Shown here: positions 7,209 through 15,697 of the stretch, piece by piece | Position numbering within the stretch: position 1 is the first letter of the stretch | Layout: the number at the start of each line of letters is the position of its first letter | Source: a virus | Lineage: Duplodnaviria; Caudoviricetes | Length of the DNA: 26,560 bases | IMG/VR virus record: IMGVR_UViG_3300017902_000266 | Location: 1 to 26,560 of that record | Reading direction: 5' to 3' (one strand) | Notes under the pieces: model-generated | Told to the model about the DNA's origin: nothing | Database searches by the model: none | The model's input: the letters and a program-made list of their open reading frames with translations, nothing else | Program-made: the position numbers and the translations under genes

Positions 7209-8204
7209 ATGTCGTATATCGACGATAAGTACATAAACTTAATATCTCCTCGCCTATCTCTCTTTACTCGCAAGAAAGCAGGACTCTATAACTTTAGATG
7301 CCCTTATTGCGGAGACAGTAAAAAGAGAAAGAACAAAGCGAGGGGATATTTTTTTAAGATAAAAGCAGATTACGTATACAAATGCCACAACTGTGGTGTT
7401 GGTAGAACTTTGTCTAATTTTTTAAAGGATCAAGACATATTATTACATGATCAATATGTCATGGAAAAGTTTAAAGACTCTACCTCTAGTACAGGAAAGG
7501 GGTCTTACACACCAAATCCAAAACTTAATTTTTCACCTCCTAATTTTGTTAAATCTGCTACTGGTCTAGAAAAAATCTCAGACCTAAATATTTTTCACGA
7601 GGCTAGGAAATATCTAGAACAAAGAGGCATCAAAGATCTTGACTATTTCTATTATTGTCCAAAATTTAAAGAGTGGACTAACAAACAGAAGCAGACATTT
7701 GATACCCTCAGGCAGGATCATCCCCGCATCATCATCCCTTTCAAAGACAAACAAGGTAACCTTTTTGGATACCAAGGCAGATCACTAGCACGCCACGCTA
7801 CACTTAGATATATCACGATCATGCTGGACGAGGAACAACCCAAGATCTTTGGACTGGATAGAATAGATACAAACAAATCAATTTACATTACAGAAGGACC
7901 TTTTGATGCTACGTTCATTAAAAACTCGGTTGCCATGGCTGGTTCCGATATTGATATTAGGACGTTTGGTTGGAGCGATTATATTTGGGTATTTGATAAC
8001 GAACCACGCAATAGAGAAATCGTCAACAAAATCTCCAAAGTCATTGACAGAGGAGATAAAGTAGTCATTTGGCCTAACAATATTCAGCAAAAGGACATAA
8101 ACGACATGTCACTTGGTGGACATGATGTGCAAAAGATGGTAGAATCTAATGTATATCAAAAACTAGAAGCAAAACTTAAATTTAATAACTGGAAGAAAGT
8201 ATGA
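7209..8204 (+). CDS. gp61: DNA primase (T4 gp61)
   Basis: Zn ribbon NFRCPYCGDS...CHNC; TOPRIM motifs TEGPFD, FDNE and KDIND. Confidence 0.96.
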   Translation: MSYIDDKYINLISPRLSLFTRKKAGLYNFRCPYCGDSKKRKNKARGYFFKIKADYVYKCHNCGVGRTLSNFLKDQDILLHDQYVMEKFKDSTSSTGKGSYTPNPKLNFSPPNFVKSATGLEKISDLNIFHEARKYLEQRGIKDLDYFYYCPKFKEWTNKQKQTFDTLRQDHPRIIIPFKDKQGNLFGYQGRSLARHATLRYITIMLDEEQPKIFGLDRIDTNKSIYITEGPFDATFIKNSVAMAGSDIDIRTFGWSDYIWVFDNEPRNREIVNKISKVIDRGDKVVIWPNNIQQKDINDMSLGGHDVQKMVESNVYQKLEAKLKFNNWKKV

Positions 8205-10516
8205 CAAACGGTCACGGAACCAAAGTTCGTAAGCGAGACGGGTCTCTAACACCTCTCGATCTAGATAAGATTCATAAGGTAGTAGAGGAAGCATGTGAAG
8301 GGTTAGGGGGCGGTGTGAGTGCCTCTCAAGTAGAGATGAACTCAGGTCTTCAATTCTTTGACGGAATATCTACTAATGACATTCAAGAAATACTAATCAG
8401 ATCAGCGAGTGATCTTATTAGTTTGGAAACACCAAATTATCAGTTTGTAGCAGCAAGATTGTTGTTGTATTCTGTTTATAAACAGGTGTTTGGATCTGAA
8501 TGGGTCAATGGATTCACCAGTGTTTATGATCATGCGTCAAGATGTGCTGATCTTGATGTATATGATAGAGATATTCTTGGTAAATATACAGAAGAAGAAT
8601 GGAATGAAATTAATTCATGGATAGATCATGATAGAGACATGCTGTTTACCTATGCAGGACTCAGACAGGTAGTTGACAAATATCTTGTACAAGATAGAAG
8701 TTCTGGTGATGTCTATGAGACACCACAGTACATGTACATAATGATTGCTGTCACATTATTCCAAAACTATACAGAAAACAGATTAGATTACATAAAGAGA
8801 TACTACGATGCCATTTCCAAACACAAGATCAACATACCAACTCCCATCATGGCTGGAGTTCGCACCCCTCTTCGGCAGTTTGCGTCTTGTGTTCTGGTTG
8901 ACGCTGACGACACCTTGGATAGTATTTTTACTTCTGATATGGCCATTGGTCGTTATGTCGCACAGCGTGCTGGTATCGGCATCAACGCAGGTAGGATCCG
9001 TGGGATCAACAGTAAAATCAGGGGTGGAGAAGTTCAACACACAGGTGTTGTACCGTTCCTCAAAAAGTTTGAAGCAACTGTCAGATGCTGCACTCAAAAT
9101 GGCATTAGAGGTGGATCAGCGACTGTCCACTTCCCGATCTGGCACCCAGAAATAGAAGATATTATTGTACTAAAAAATAATAAAGGAACGGAGGACAATC
9201 GTGTTAGGAAACTTGACTACAGTATTCAGATCTCCAAACTATTCTACGAGAGATTCATCGCAAATGAAGACATCAGTCTTTTCTCACCACACGATGTACC
9301 TAGTCTCTATGATGTTTTTGGGACTGAGTATTTTGATGATCTCTATCTCACTTATGAGAATGACAAGAGCATTCCGAGAAAGACTGTCAACGCTCATGAC
9401 CTTATTTTAAACATATTAAAAGAGAGAGCAGAGACAGGAAGATTATACATAATGAACATTGACCATTGTAATAGTCATAGTTCTTTCCAAGACAAAGTAA
9501 ACATGAGTAATCTTTGTCAGGAAATTACATTACCTACTACACCATTACAACATATTGATGGTGAAGGTGAGATAGCATTGTGTATACTGTCTGCTATCAA
9601 TGTAGGTAAGATCAATAAGTTAGATGAACTTGAAAATCTCTGTGACCTAACCGTCCGTGGTCTAGAGGAACTTATTGATTATCAGAACTATCCTGTTTCT
9701 GCAGCAGAAAAGAGCACACTTGCTCGTCGTTCTCTTGGTATTGGTTATATCGGACTCGCACACTACTTAGCAAAACAAGGACTCAAGTATGACGATCCAA
9801 AAGCATGGAAAGCAGTTCACGACTTGTCTGAATCTTTCCAGTACAATCTGCTCAAATCAAGCAATACCATCGCAAAAGAGAAAGGAGCATGTGAATACTT
9901 CTCTCGCACCAAGTATTCAGAGGGTATCCTCCCAATTGATACTTACAAGAGAGATATTGATGAGTTCTGTGGCACAGAGTTGAGTTATGATTGGGATTCT
10001 CTACGCAATGACATCCAAGAGTTCGGTCTTAGACACTCAACATTGTCAGCACAAATGCCATCGGAGAGCAGTTCCGTTGTGTCTAATGCAACAAACGGAA
10101 TTGAACCACCCAGAGCATACTTGTCCACTAAGAAGTCAAAGAAAGGACCTCTTAAGCAGATTGTTCCACAGTTTGGGACTTTGAAGAACAATTATACATT
10201 GTTATGGGACATGAAAGATAATGATGGATATATAAAGATCGTGAGTGCAATGCAGAAATTCTTTGACCAAGCAATTTCTGGTAACTGGAGTTACAATCCA
10301 GAAAATTATGACAACAATGAAGTACCTGTATCAGTTATGGCGGGTGACCTACTTAAGACATATAAGTATGGTTGGAAAACATCTTACTATCAGAACACAT
10401 ACGATCAGAAAGGAGATGAACCAGTACTGACAGACGAGAAGAAAGCAAACATAGAAGATCTATTACAAGACATACTAACAACCGAGGAAGAAGACTGTGA
10501 CAGTTGCAAAATTTAG
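8201..10516 (+). CDS. nrdA: Ribonucleotide reductase class Ia alpha subunit
   Basis: ATP cone (VRKRDG), PTP, FASCVL, SNLCQEI thiyl Cys, TSYY and C-terminal CDSC; no intron or intein evident. Confidence 0.98.
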   Translation: MTNGHGTKVRKRDGSLTPLDLDKIHKVVEEACEGLGGGVSASQVEMNSGLQFFDGISTNDIQEILIRSASDLISLETPNYQFVAARLLLYSVYKQVFGSEWVNGFTSVYDHASRCADLDVYDRDILGKYTEEEWNEINSWIDHDRDMLFTYAGLRQVVDKYLVQDRSSGDVYETPQYMYIMIAVTLFQNYTENRLDYIKRYYDAISKHKINIPTPIMAGVRTPLRQFASCVLVDADDTLDSIFTSDMAIGRYVAQRAGIGINAGRIRGINSKIRGGEVQHTGVVPFLKKFEATVRCCTQNGIRGGSATVHFPIWHPEIEDIIVLKNNKGTEDNRVRKLDYSIQISKLFYERFIANEDISLFSPHDVPSLYDVFGTEYFDDLYLTYENDKSIPRKTVNAHDLILNILKERAETGRLYIMNIDHCNSHSSFQDKVNMSNLCQEITLPTTPLQHIDGEGEIALCILSAINVGKINKLDELENLCDLTVRGLEELIDYQNYPVSAAEKSTLARRSLGIGYIGLAHYLAKQGLKYDDPKAWKAVHDLSESFQYNLLKSSNTIAKEKGACEYFSRTKYSEGILPIDTYKRDIDEFCGTELSYDWDSLRNDIQEFGLRHSTLSAQMPSESSSVVSNATNGIEPPRAYLSTKKSKKGPLKQIVPQFGTLKNNYTLLWDMKDNDGYIKIVSAMQKFFDQAISGNWSYNPENYDNNEVPVSVMAGDLLKTYKYGWKTSYYQNTYDQKGDEPVLTDEKKANIEDLLQDILTTEEEDCDSCKI

Positions 10517-11684
10517 AACAACAGGGGAACCAATGACTACTACAGTAGAGGGCATGACAGTATTCAATACTGACAAGGTAGATACTACCAAAGGACAGAT
10601 GTTCTTCGGTCCTCCATTAGGAGTACAAAGATATGATAAGTTTAAATATCCTATCTTTGACAAGTTGACCAAGAATCAACTTGGTTTCTTTTGGAGACCA
10701 GAGGAGGTTTCTCTACAGAAAGATAGAGCAGACTATCTTGTTTTAAATAAAGCACAAAAACATATCTTCACTAGTAATCTTAAGTATCAAATACTATTAG
10801 ATTCTGTACAAGGTAGAGGACCTGGCATGGCATTCATGCCTTACTGTTCACTACCTGAGTTGGAAGGGTGCATGAACATCTGGCAGACTATGGAAATGAT
10901 TCATAGTAGATCTTATACACATATCATCAAGAATGTATATGCAGATCCATCAGAAGTTTTTGATACTATACTAGAGGATGATAAAATACTTGCTCGTGCA
11001 CAATCAGTTACTCGTGCATATGATGACTTCATAAATGATGCACATAGATATGACACTAGCAACTGGTGGAAACCTGATTGGCAGGGTAGTCCTACTACAC
11101 AGTATGAAAAGAATAGTTTAAAGAGAAAACTATATAGAGCAGTAGCAAATGTATACATTTTAGAGGGCATTAGATTCTATGTCTCATTTGCATGTTCATT
11201 TGCTTTTGGAGAGTTAAAATTATTAGAAGGATCAGCAAAAATCATAGGACTTATTGCTAGAGATGAGTCACAACACATGACTGTATCTCAGAATATTTTA
11301 AACAAGTGGAAGCAAGGTGATGATCCTGAGATGGTGACAATTGCACAAGAAGAAGAGCAGAATGTTTATAATATGTTTAAGGAGTCTGTAGAAGAAGAGA
11401 AGTCTTGGGCAGAATATTTGTTCAAAGATGGATCTATCATTGGTCTCAATGAAAAGTTACTACAGAACTATGTTGAGTGGACTGCTAATCGTAGGTTAAA
11501 GTCAATAGGATTAAAACCAATATATGATATACCTATGTCAAACAATCCATTACCATGGACACAGCATTGGTTATCTTCTAAAGGCATGCAAGTTGCACCA
11601 CAAGAGACTGAGGTAGAATCTTATCTTATTGGGAGCATAAAACAAGATGTCAAAAAAGACACCTTCGCAGGGTTTCAATTATAA
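10497..11684 (+). CDS. nrdB: Ribonucleotide reductase class Ia beta subunit
   Basis: FFWRPEEV, LLDSVQGR, EMIHSRSY (radical Tyr), EGIRFY, RDESQH, VAPQETEVESY. The start could be 10497 or 10533. Confidence 0.98.
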   Translation: MTVAKFRTTGEPMTTTVEGMTVFNTDKVDTTKGQMFFGPPLGVQRYDKFKYPIFDKLTKNQLGFFWRPEEVSLQKDRADYLVLNKAQKHIFTSNLKYQILLDSVQGRGPGMAFMPYCSLPELEGCMNIWQTMEMIHSRSYTHIIKNVYADPSEVFDTILEDDKILARAQSVTRAYDDFINDAHRYDTSNWWKPDWQGSPTTQYEKNSLKRKLYRAVANVYILEGIRFYVSFACSFAFGELKLLEGSAKIIGLIARDESQHMTVSQNILNKWKQGDDPEMVTIAQEEEQNVYNMFKESVEEEKSWAEYLFKDGSIIGLNEKLLQNYVEWTANRRLKSIGLKPIYDIPMSNNPLPWTQHWLSSKGMQVAPQETEVESYLIGSIKQDVKKDTFAGFQL

Positions 11685-12072
11685 ATTTGAAATTGTCTTT
11701 GACAAGAAGAAAGAGACAACCCTACAGAAAATAAAGAGGTGGATCAGTAAACAGAAACCACCTCTTAATATCATTCTAAAATATCTTTTCTCATACATAG
11801 AAAAAATGTATTGGGATGGTAAAGTCTTACAGACTATGGCAGGAGTTGACTTAGAAACTAAGAAATTACATGAACAATGGGACGCAGATGACAAACAAAT
11901 CACCCCGCACACAGTGGAGACAGGAGTATTTGGCGAGGAAGGCTGGTCTATCCAAATTTCAAACCCGATTGTTGGAGGAAGGACCGAAGAGTCTGAGTCA
12001 GGCATGGTATCTGGGAGCGATGCATCAGGATTACGAGAAGATGATGGGGATAAAAAAACCTCCAACTCGTGA
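11647..12072 (+). CDS. Hypothetical protein (overlaps nrdB and the next ORF)
   Basis: 141-aa ORF; the only ORF on this strand covering 11685-11869; amphipathic N-half and acidic C-half. Confidence 0.55.
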   Translation: MSKKTPSQGFNYKFEIVFDKKKETTLQKIKRWISKQKPPLNIILKYLFSYIEKMYWDGKVLQTMAGVDLETKKLHEQWDADDKQITPHTVETGVFGEEGWSIQISNPIVGGRTEESESGMVSGSDASGLREDDGDKKTSNS

Positions 12073-12121
12073 GTCTGGACATCAAACAACACTAAAAGAG
12101 TTTTTTGCTAGATGGAAGTAA
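11888..12121 (+). CDS. Conserved cyanophage hypothetical protein
   Basis: WRQEYL...LLEEGPKSLSQAWYLGAMH..Y resembles a protein recalled downstream of cyanophage nrdB; start at 11870 or 11888; stop overlaps the pcyA start. Confidence 0.7.
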   Translation: MTNKSPRTQWRQEYLARKAGLSKFQTRLLEEGPKSLSQAWYLGAMHQDYEKMMGIKKPPTRESGHQTTLKEFFARWK

Positions 12122-12795
12122 TTGAAAATCTAATAAAAATAATTAAGAAACATCAGGAGGGTTTGCCAAATGTAGAACCACTTGAGGTTGATTCTGAGTT
12201 TGAAAAAGTATTACATGACACAGATGATGGTAAACTTGACATCAAAAATGAAATGTATTATTGCACTGGACTTAGGAAAGTTCATACAGAGGTTGCCAAA
12301 CTAGGTAATCTTAATATTGTACATTGTATATGGTATCCTGATCCAGAGTTTGATCTACCTATCTTTGGTGTTGATATTGTTGCTATGAAAGACACCGTGA
12401 GTGCTGCTATCACAGACATCTCTCCTGTAGATGGTCTTGATCATGAAATTTTTGAAGACATAGAATATATTAGTGAGAGTTTTTATTTCCCACACGAGAG
12501 AGTTCTACCAGAATGGGGTGAAGTGTTCTCACCATACTGTAAGTTTGCAAGATTGACCACAGATAAAGAGAAGAAAGATTTCTGTGATATTGTAGATCAA
12601 TACCTTGACATATTTGTTGGTGCTGTATGGGGTGCAAGTAGAGATAGTTCTAGATCAGAGCACAGATATTTTGGGCAGATAGATTACTGTCAGCACCAAA
12701 TGAAAAATGATAAGACTAAAAATATATTAGTAAATTATTTTGGTAAAGATTGGGCAGAGAGATACATGACAGAGGTCTTGTTTGACGAACCATAA
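12112..12795 (+). CDS. pcyA: Phycocyanobilin:ferredoxin oxidoreductase
   Basis: LRKVHTE (His/Glu), IVHC (His), LPIFGVDIV (Asp), SAAITDISPV, LPEWGEVFS, YCQHQMKNDKT; the PcyA-type catalytic Glu/His/Asp are all present. Confidence 0.92.
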   Translation: MEVIENLIKIIKKHQEGLPNVEPLEVDSEFEKVLHDTDDGKLDIKNEMYYCTGLRKVHTEVAKLGNLNIVHCIWYPDPEFDLPIFGVDIVAMKDTVSAAITDISPVDGLDHEIFEDIEYISESFYFPHERVLPEWGEVFSPYCKFARLTTDKEKKDFCDIVDQYLDIFVGAVWGASRDSSRSEHRYFGQIDYCQHQMKNDKTKNILVNYFGKDWAERYMTEVLFDEP

Positions 12796-12798
12796 ATA
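12792..12798 (+). promoter_or_regulatory. Late promoter ATAAATA followed by AGGAG Shine-Dalgarno
   Basis: CATAAATACTAGGAGAACATTATG at 12791-12814. Confidence 0.7.
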
Positions 12799-12811
12799 CT
12801 AGGAGAACATT

Positions 12812-13120
12812 ATGAAAAAGTGGCAGAGTATACCAACCCTTGGATTTACAAAGGTGGCATCTTTAATTCTGATGACATCGGTGACAACTATGGGTTCGTC
12901 TATCGCATCACCAATACCACCAACAGCAAGTCCTACATTGGAAGAAAGTACTTCGTGCAGAAGCGAAAACCAAAAGGAGGAAAGCGTAGAGTTACAAGCG
13001 AGTCAAACTGGAAGCAGTATTACGGAAGTTCTGACGAACTTAAACAAGACATTAGAAGAGATGGCAAGAATACTTTCAAAAGAGAAATCCTCTCCCTCCA
13101 CAGAACTCTTGGAAAAGTAA
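12812..13120 (+). CDS. Possible overprinted secreted/membrane-anchored protein (+1 frame of the GIY-YIG gene)
   Basis: ATG 6 nt after AGGAG; basic then hydrophobic N-terminus, Pro/Ser linker and short coiled coil. Confidence 0.4.
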   Translation: MKKWQSIPTLGFTKVASLILMTSVTTMGSSIASPIPPTASPTLEESTSCRSENQKEESVELQASQTGSSITEVLTNLNKTLEEMARILSKEKSSPSTELLEK

Positions 13121-13254
13121 ACTACGAAGAGACTAAGCAATTATTTTTACACAATGTCTTGGCAGAAAAATTGGATGATGGATCCCCTGCGTATTACAAC
13201 AACAATATTTTAGGAAGATATTACAGAAAAGATTACTTTGAAAAAGATGATTAG
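12820..13254 (+). CDS. GIY-YIG (Seg-like) endonuclease
   Basis: GFVY...SYIGRK, YYGSS, FKREIL, NYEE and YYN motifs; GTG start. Confidence 0.85.
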   Translation: MAEYTNPWIYKGGIFNSDDIGDNYGFVYRITNTTNSKSYIGRKYFVQKRKPKGGKRRVTSESNWKQYYGSSDELKQDIRRDGKNTFKREILSLHRTLGKVNYEETKQLFLHNVLAEKLDDGSPAYYNNNILGRYYRKDYFEKDD

Positions 13255-13498
13255 CGTTAAGTGTTTAAATTGTGGTGTAGAATTATCATCACATAATACA
13301 AAATTAACATGTTGTGGTTGTTCTAACATGACATCATTACATGGAGAGACAGTATCTGCAAATGATCTATCATTAGTAATGGTACTAAATTCAGATGCAA
13401 AAAGAAAAAATAAAAGTTTGTTCTCTAAGAAAGATCTTGAGTATCAAGAAGCAAGAAGGCAACGTCGTGTCAGGAAACTCTATTTTGAAGAGAGATAA
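13238..13498 (+). CDS. Zinc-ribbon hypothetical protein
   Basis: CLNC...CCGC and a basic C-terminus (RRQRRVRKL). Confidence 0.75.
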   Translation: MKKMISVKCLNCGVELSSHNTKLTCCGCSNMTSLHGETVSANDLSLVMVLNSDAKRKNKSLFSKKDLEYQEARRQRRVRKLYFEER

Positions 13499-13499
13499 C

Positions 13500-13528
13500 T
13501 TGACAACAGATTCAAATCAACTTATAAT
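13500..13528 (+). promoter_or_regulatory. Consensus sigma70 promoter for the talC operon
   Basis: TTGACA (13500-13505), 17-nt spacer, TATAAT (13523-13528). Confidence 0.9.
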
Positions 13529-13549
13529 AAAATCAACAACATAATGTAA

Positions 13550-14197
13550 ATGCAAATATTTCTAGACACTGCTGATATTGAAGCAATAGAAGAACGATAC
13601 GACAGTGGAATAATTGCGGGTGTAACAACTAACCCGACTCTTGTTGCAAATCAAGGAATCAATTACCTAGAATTAATACAAGAAATTGCAGAGTCATTTC
13701 CTGAGATGGAAAGTATATCTGCAGAAGTCAAAGGTGACACAGCAGCAGAGATGATTGATGATGCTGCACAGTATCGTGACATCAGTGAAGCAGTAACTAT
13801 CAAGTTACCTATGACAAAGGAAGGCATCAAAGCATGTAAGTATTTCAGTGAGGTTGGTGTAAAGACTAACGTAACTCTTTGTTTCTCAGTAGCACAAGCA
13901 GCACTTGCAGGAATGGCAGGAGCAACATACATCTCACCATTTGTTGGTCGTCTTAATGACAATTCATTTAGTGGTGTAGAGTTAGTGCGTGGTATTGCTG
14001 ATTTATATTGTACACAAGCAATTGAAACAAAAGTCCTCGCTGCTAGTTTGAGAGATGTACATCATGTATCTCGTTGCTTCCTTTACGGTGCAAAGGTTTG
14101 CACACTTCCTATAAAGGTCTTTGATAAAATGTATGATCATGTTCTTACTCGTGAAGGACTAGATATATTTGACAAAGATTTCAAACGCATGGTATAA
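13550..14197 (+). CDS. talC: Transaldolase (TalC/MipB family)
   Basis: IFLDTA, GVTTNP, ISAEV (acid/base Glu), VTIKLP (Schiff-base Lys) and YISPFVGR (Phe indicates transaldolase rather than FSA). Confidence 0.96.
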   Translation: MQIFLDTADIEAIEERYDSGIIAGVTTNPTLVANQGINYLELIQEIAESFPEMESISAEVKGDTAAEMIDDAAQYRDISEAVTIKLPMTKEGIKACKYFSEVGVKTNVTLCFSVAQAALAGMAGATYISPFVGRLNDNSFSGVELVRGIADLYCTQAIETKVLAASLRDVHHVSRCFLYGAKVCTLPIKVFDKMYDHVLTREGLDIFDKDFKRMV

Positions 14198-14442
14198 TGT
14201 TTACAGTATACTCTAAACTAGGGTGTCCTTTCTGTGAAAAATTCAAACAAGTTTTGGAGATGGAAGGATTACCTAATCTTATTCTTGAATTGAATACAGA
14301 CTTTTCATATGATGAGTTTTATGAATTATTTGGAGATGGTTCTACATTTCCACAAGTAGTCATGGATGACATACCATTAGGAGGGTGTCAGGAATCATTG
14401 AAGTATATGCAAGAAAATAATTTATGCTGTGAGATATTATGA
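14197..14442 (+). CDS. nrdC: Glutaredoxin (NrdC-like)
   Basis: CPFC active site, TFPQV cis-Pro loop, GG motif. Confidence 0.9.
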   Translation: MFTVYSKLGCPFCEKFKQVLEMEGLPNLILELNTDFSYDEFYELFGDGSTFPQVVMDDIPLGGCQESLKYMQENNLCCEIL

Positions 14443-14621
14443 GCGAAGCATTAGAAATTACAAAGGCAGATTTTGATGCCAACAAAGAAGACTATCTTGA
14501 TCGTGTAGAGAACGGTGAGATAATTTTAGTCAGACATCCTGACGGACGAGCAGTTCTTGCTATTCCTGAGAAATGGGATGATGAACTAATAAATTTATGG
14601 AATCATGATGATGCATCATGA
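14439..14621 (+). CDS. Small protein with Phd/YefM antitoxin-like N-terminal fold
   Basis: EITKADFDANKEDYLDRVENGEIILVRHPDGRAVLAIP follows the Phd pattern; ATGA-coupled on both sides. Confidence 0.55.
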   Translation: MSEALEITKADFDANKEDYLDRVENGEIILVRHPDGRAVLAIPEKWDDELINLWNHDDAS

Positions 14622-14950
14622 TTAAAAAATATCTTAAATTAATTAAAAGAATTGACGAGAGACACTATTGGCCTCTGTTCATTTTCTTATCATGTTACTT
14701 TGTCATACCATATAGTGAGTTTGTAGTTACAGCACTCATCATATTATACTTTAAGTTTGAAGGACAGTTTCGTAGATGGGGTGCTAGACTTGTAAAACCA
14801 TTTCCAGAATGGTTACGGATAGGTGGCAGCACTATATTCTTCCTTGTTATGTTAGATGACACAATTGCATACTTAAGTATCATAGCAGTTGCATTCTGGA
14901 GTACAAGAGCATTAAAGAAACAAGAAGAAAAAGAAAAGAAAGAGAGTTGA
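14618..14950 (+). CDS. Hypothetical membrane protein
   Basis: Two hydrophobic hairpin blocks and a charged C-terminal tail. Confidence 0.7.
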   Translation: MIKKYLKLIKRIDERHYWPLFIFLSCYFVIPYSEFVVTALIILYFKFEGQFRRWGARLVKPFPEWLRIGGSTIFFLVMLDDTIAYLSIIAVAFWSTRALKKQEEKEKKES

Positions 14951-14975
14951 CAGTGATATGGTAGGGTGTTATACT
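14947..14975 (+). promoter_or_regulatory. sigma70 promoter with extended -10
   Basis: TTGACA (14947-14952), 17-nt spacer ending TGT, TATACT (14970-14975). Confidence 0.8.
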
Positions 14976-14998
14976 TATAATGTATACCACCCTTTATT

Positions 14999-15268
14999 AT
15001 GAAACCAAAAATCATCCACGAGAGATTTCCTTACAGGTATGTGCAGAAAGGTTTGTTAGAAAAAAATGGTAAACCTGACTACAGAATACAAAAATTTAAT
15101 GAGATTACAAGACAGTACAATGACATGTATTATCTTGACAGTGGTCTCCAACTAGACGCATGTCTAGAGGACTTTGAGTACACCAAGTGGTTAGACCCTG
15201 ACCCAGAGGTTGCTGCTTATGCAAATAATCATGGCGATACTGTAACATCTCCATACATAAATACATAA
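14999..15268 (+). CDS. Conserved cyanophage hypothetical protein
   Basis: ERFPYRYV...NGKPDYRIQK...YTKWLDPD; has its own promoter. Confidence 0.8.
   Translation: MKPKIIHERFPYRYVQKGLLEKNGKPDYRIQKFNEITRQYNDMYYLDSGLQLDACLEDFEYTKWLDPDPEVAAYANNHGDTVTSPYINT
15257..15263 (+). promoter_or_regulatory. Late promoter ATAAATA
   Basis: Lies within the tandem CATAAATA-CATAAATC, upstream of GAGG and the ATG at 15284. Confidence 0.65.
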
Positions 15269-15283
15269 ATCTACGAGGTAATT

Positions 15284-15661
15284 ATGAGCGTTTCTACTCA
15301 TTTAGAACGTGCTGAATCAGCACTACGGAGAGCATTAATAAACGCTCTAGCAGAGGGCGAAGATCATTTGCTCACAGATTTGTATGAGAATCTACAAAGC
15401 GTTATGGATCTAAACAAGAAAGCAAAAAATGTTATTAGATTCACTGACAATACAGAAGATTATTATTACAACAAAGATAATAATTTATCATTTGAATTAA
15501 CTGATTCAGATTTAGATGGTATAGATTTTTCTGGTAGAAATGGTTCGGATCTAGATTCATTAGATAATGTAATCCAGTTTCCTACAATGTTTAACGAGGA
15601 CATTATATCATTCACACCTGATCCAGAGTTTGAATCACGAATGAATCCAGAAGAAGAATAA
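15284..15661 (+). CDS. Acidic hypothetical protein
   Basis: Helical N-terminus and Asp/Glu-rich tail; GAGG Shine-Dalgarno; followed by a terminator. Confidence 0.75.
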   Translation: MSVSTHLERAESALRRALINALAEGEDHLLTDLYENLQSVMDLNKKAKNVIRFTDNTEDYYYNKDNNLSFELTDSDLDGIDFSGRNGSDLDSLDNVIQFPTMFNEDIISFTPDPEFESRMNPEEE

Positions 15662-15666
15662 TTTAC

Positions 15667-15694
15667 AGAGAGGGTTTAACCCTCTCTTTTTTTT
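15667..15694 (+). terminator. Rho-independent terminator
   Basis: AGAGAGGGT-TTA-ACCCTCTCT stem-loop followed by a T run. Confidence 0.92.
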
Positions 15695-15697
15695 AGC

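Noticed and set aside
8808-10430. Several +1-frame ORFs inside nrdA and a GC-richer patch near 8820-9150
   Set aside because: No promoter/Shine-Dalgarno context or recognisable protein features; explained by low NTA codon use and the Gly/Arg/Ala-rich catalytic sequence.
8201-11684. Possible intron or intein in nrdA/nrdB
   Set aside because: Both frames are continuous and of normal length with all motifs in order.
12112-12795. pebS or pcyX assignment for the bilin reductase
   Set aside because: The RKxHxE, His and LPIFGxD pattern matches PcyA.
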